Shown here: positions 62,129 through 64,000 of the stretch, in pieces
Position numbering within the stretch: the first letter of the stretch is position 1
Layout of the letters: each line of letters begins with the position of its first letter
From: an archaeon
GTDB lineage: Archaea; Nanobdellota; Nanobdellia; Woesearchaeales; GW2011-AR9
DNA: 64,000 nt
Direction of reading: 5' to 3'
Assembly: GCA_023259115.1 (NCBI GenBank)
Contig: JAHFQW010000005.1
Span: forward strand, 2,091-66,090
Notes under the pieces: generated by a model
Database searches by the model: none
Told to the model about the DNA's origin: nothing
Seen by the model: only the letters and a program-made list of their open reading frames with translations
Position numbers and translations under genes: made by a program

Positions 62129-62683
62129 ATGAAAAAAGAAGCAAAAAAAAGTATTCGTATTGTTAATATTGTTGTTTCTACGGGCTTAGAGAAAGATATA
62201 CCGCTAGAGAAGATGGCCGCGACATTGCCTAACACGGAATATAATCCTGAACAGTTCCCAGGCTTAGTTTTACGTATTAAAGAACCTAAGACTTCGGCGT
62301 TGATTTTTTCAAGTGGGAAAGTTGTTTGTACGGGAGCGCGAACGCTTGAAGAGGTTGATAGAAGTATCCAGAGTATTATTCGCAGTTTGAAGAAATTAGA
62401 TATTACGGTTACAGTAAAACCAGTGATTACGGTGCAAAATATTGTGGCATCAGGAAGCATTGGGATGGATTTGAATTTGAATATTTTGGGGATTAAATTG
62501 CCTAATACAGAATATGAGCCAGAACAGTTCCCAGGCTTAGTACATAAGTTAAAAGGAACAAATGCCACATTTTTGCTCTTTAGCAATGGAAAGATTGTAT
62601 GTACAGGGACAAAAACAGAGCAAGAAGTTAATGATGCGACAGATAAGCTAATTGACAATCTTCGGAAGCTGTTAAATAAGTAA
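62129..62683 (+). CDS. tbp: TATA-box binding protein
   Basis: Two direct repeats: NIVVSTGLEKDIPLEKMAATLPNTEYNPEQFPGLVLRIKEPKTSALIFSSGKVVCTG and NIVASGSIGMDLNLNILGIKLPNTEYEPEQFPGLVHKL...LLFSNGKIVCTG. Confidence 0.95.
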   Translation: MKKEAKKSIRIVNIVVSTGLEKDIPLEKMAATLPNTEYNPEQFPGLVLRIKEPKTSALIFSSGKVVCTGARTLEEVDRSIQSIIRSLKKLDITVTVKPVITVQNIVASGSIGMDLNLNILGIKLPNTEYEPEQFPGLVHKLKGTNATFLLFSNGKIVCTGTKTEQEVNDATDKLIDNLRKLLNK

Positions 62684-62860
62684 AAGCTAGGACCCGGGCT
62701 GTTGTTTAAGTAAGTTGTTTGGTCTGTTCCAAAGAAAGAGGATATTTACTCTATAACCTAAATCTTTAAATCCCCCTTCTTTACTTTTTAATTTTTGGAG
62801 AGATTTATGGTGCGTATTATGTGCTACTAATGGTTTTTAGCATTGTTTGGGGTTTGGTTT

Positions 62861-64000
62861 ATGGAAGTGGATGAACAAATAAAAGTGTTTCGGGACTTTA
62901 TTGAACAGAATTACTGGCCGCAGTTGTTAGAAGCAGTACGTAAAGGAAATTATTTTCTGGTGCTTGATTTTGGAGAATTGGTTAAATTTAATACAGAGAT
63001 TTGTGAAGAATTGTTGGAGTCGCCTGAGGAGTTGTTAAAGGCGGGTGAGCTGGCAATTAAAGAGTTTGATTTGCCTAAGAAGATTGTCAAATTTAGTTTG
63101 CGGATGAAGAATTTGCCGGTGTCACAAAAGTTGGCGATTAGTGAGATTCGCAGCAAGCATTTGGGTAAGTTTATTTGGGCAGAAGGAGTTGTTCGACAAA
63201 AATCTGATGTGCGGCCGCATGTGACGGCGGCGAAGTTTGAGTGTCCAAGCTGTGGAAATATTTTGAATGTGCTGCAGCTGGATAAAAAGTATAAAGAGCC
63301 TTCGAGATGTAGTTGCGGAAGAAAAGGGAAGTTTAAGGAAATTTCTAAAGAATTGGTAGATGGGCAAGGGTTGGTGTTGGAAGAGTCGCCAGATGATTTG
63401 GATAATTCGTCACAGCCAAAGAGGATGAATGTGTTTTTGAAAGATGATTTAGTATCGCCAATTACGGAAAAACGAAGTAGTCCGGGTTCAAGGGTGAAGG
63501 TGGCGGGGTGGATTGCAGAGGTTCCTATCACTTTGAAAACGGGAGGTCAGTCCACAAAATATGATTTGATTGTTGAGGCGAATAATGTGGAACCGCTGCA
63601 AGATGAACTCTATGATATTGATGTGAATGAAAAAGAGTTGGAAGAGATTAGGAAAATTGCGAAAAATCCAAATGTGTTGTCGGTTTTGGCGAATAATATT
63701 GCACCTTCTATCTATGGCCATGATAAAGTGAAAGAAGCGTTAGTGTTACAATTGGCAGGCGGCTGTCGAAAGGAGAGGCCAGATGGCGTTGTGACTAGAG
63801 GAGATATGCATATACTTTTAATTGGGGATCCGGGATCGGGCAAATCACAATTACTCAAAAGAATCACCAAAATTGGGCCTAAAGCAAGATTTACATCAGG
63901 TAAAGGAGCAACGGCAGCGGGGTTGACGGCGTCAGTTGTGAAAGATGAATTTTTAGGAGGATGGAGTTTGGAGGCGGGTACGCTTGTTTTGGCGAACCAA
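62861..64000 (+). CDS. mcm: MCM replicative helicase; the 3' end runs off the window
   Basis: Absent from the track because there is no stop in the window. Hand translation from the ATG at 62861 is open for 380 codons. It includes the zinc motif CPSCGN...CSCG, then IAPSIYGHDKVKEALVLQLAGG, and the Walker A motif ILLIGDPGSGKSQLLK. Confidence 0.9.
   Translation, partial: MEVDEQIKVFRDFIEQNYWPQLLEAVRKGNYFLVLDFGELVKFNTEICEELLESPEELLKAGELAIKEFDLPKKIVKFSLRMKNLPVSQKLAISEIRSKHLGKFIWAEGVVRQKSDVRPHVTAAKFECPSCGNILNVLQLDKKYKEPSRCSCGRKGKFKEISKELVDGQGLVLEESPDDLDNSSQPKRMNVFLKDDLVSPITEKRSSPGSRVKVAGWIAEVPITLKTGGQSTKYDLIVEANNVEPLQDELYDIDVNEKELEEIRKIAKNPNVLSVLANNIAPSIYGHDKVKEALVLQLAGGCRKERPDGVVTRGDMHILLIGDPGSGKSQLLKRITKIGPKARFTSGKGATAAGLTASVVKDEFLGGWSLEAGTLVLANQ

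Noticed and set aside
62095-63531. Minus-strand ORFs 62095..62658 and 62950..63531
   Set aside because: They are antisense shadows of TBP and MCM respectively.

Overview
This window reads as a compact, AT-rich archaeal chromosome segment. The archaeal assignment rests on TBP, PCNA, MCM, RpoP, ribosomal protein eL43, prefoldin beta, Rpp30, an archaeal-type TyrRS and tRNA genes interrupted by several introns. Small genes, patchy metabolism and very large cysteine-rich surface proteins suggest a DPANN-like organism, but that is inference only; no database search was possible.

All calls come from motifs read in the supplied translations or from hand translation. About 70 coding regions are supportable. 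Several are absent from the ORF track: a truncated lamin-tail-domain protein at the left edge, MCM at the right edge, two TRASH/YHS mini-proteins, and a 48-aa peptide.

Main content:
- **Information-processing genes:** aRNase J, PCNA, RNase Z, TyrRS, DRG GTPase, the eL43-RpoP-prefoldin-UPF0147 cluster, TBP and MCM.
- **Envelope thiol-redox and copper island (10.3-24 kb):** CcdA, a triple thioredoxin-fold protein, VKOR, a monothiol Trx-like protein, ArsR-CopA-TRASH and cupredoxins. It includes three small membrane-anchored proteins ending in a GGC-type C-terminal tail.
- **Surface locus (37.5-56.8 kb):** a 19-kb single-strand locus with five class-III-signal (type IV pilin-like) proteins interleaved with giant Cys-rich surface proteins of 2175 and 1696 aa. 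This is the strongest candidate for an undescribed attachment system.
- **Sulfur-relay operon:** a compact ubiquitin-like SAMP / TtuA-NcsA / E1 operon next to a ThiI-like protein that lacks the PP-loop.
- **Other oddities:** unusual domain fusions (AsnB-Dph6, tandem AdoMetDC), multi-intron tRNA-Leu and tRNA-Pro, a dispersed family of intergenic hairpins including a five-hairpin array, and a decayed MNT/HepT toxin-antitoxin pair.

No rRNA, CRISPR array or transposase was seen.
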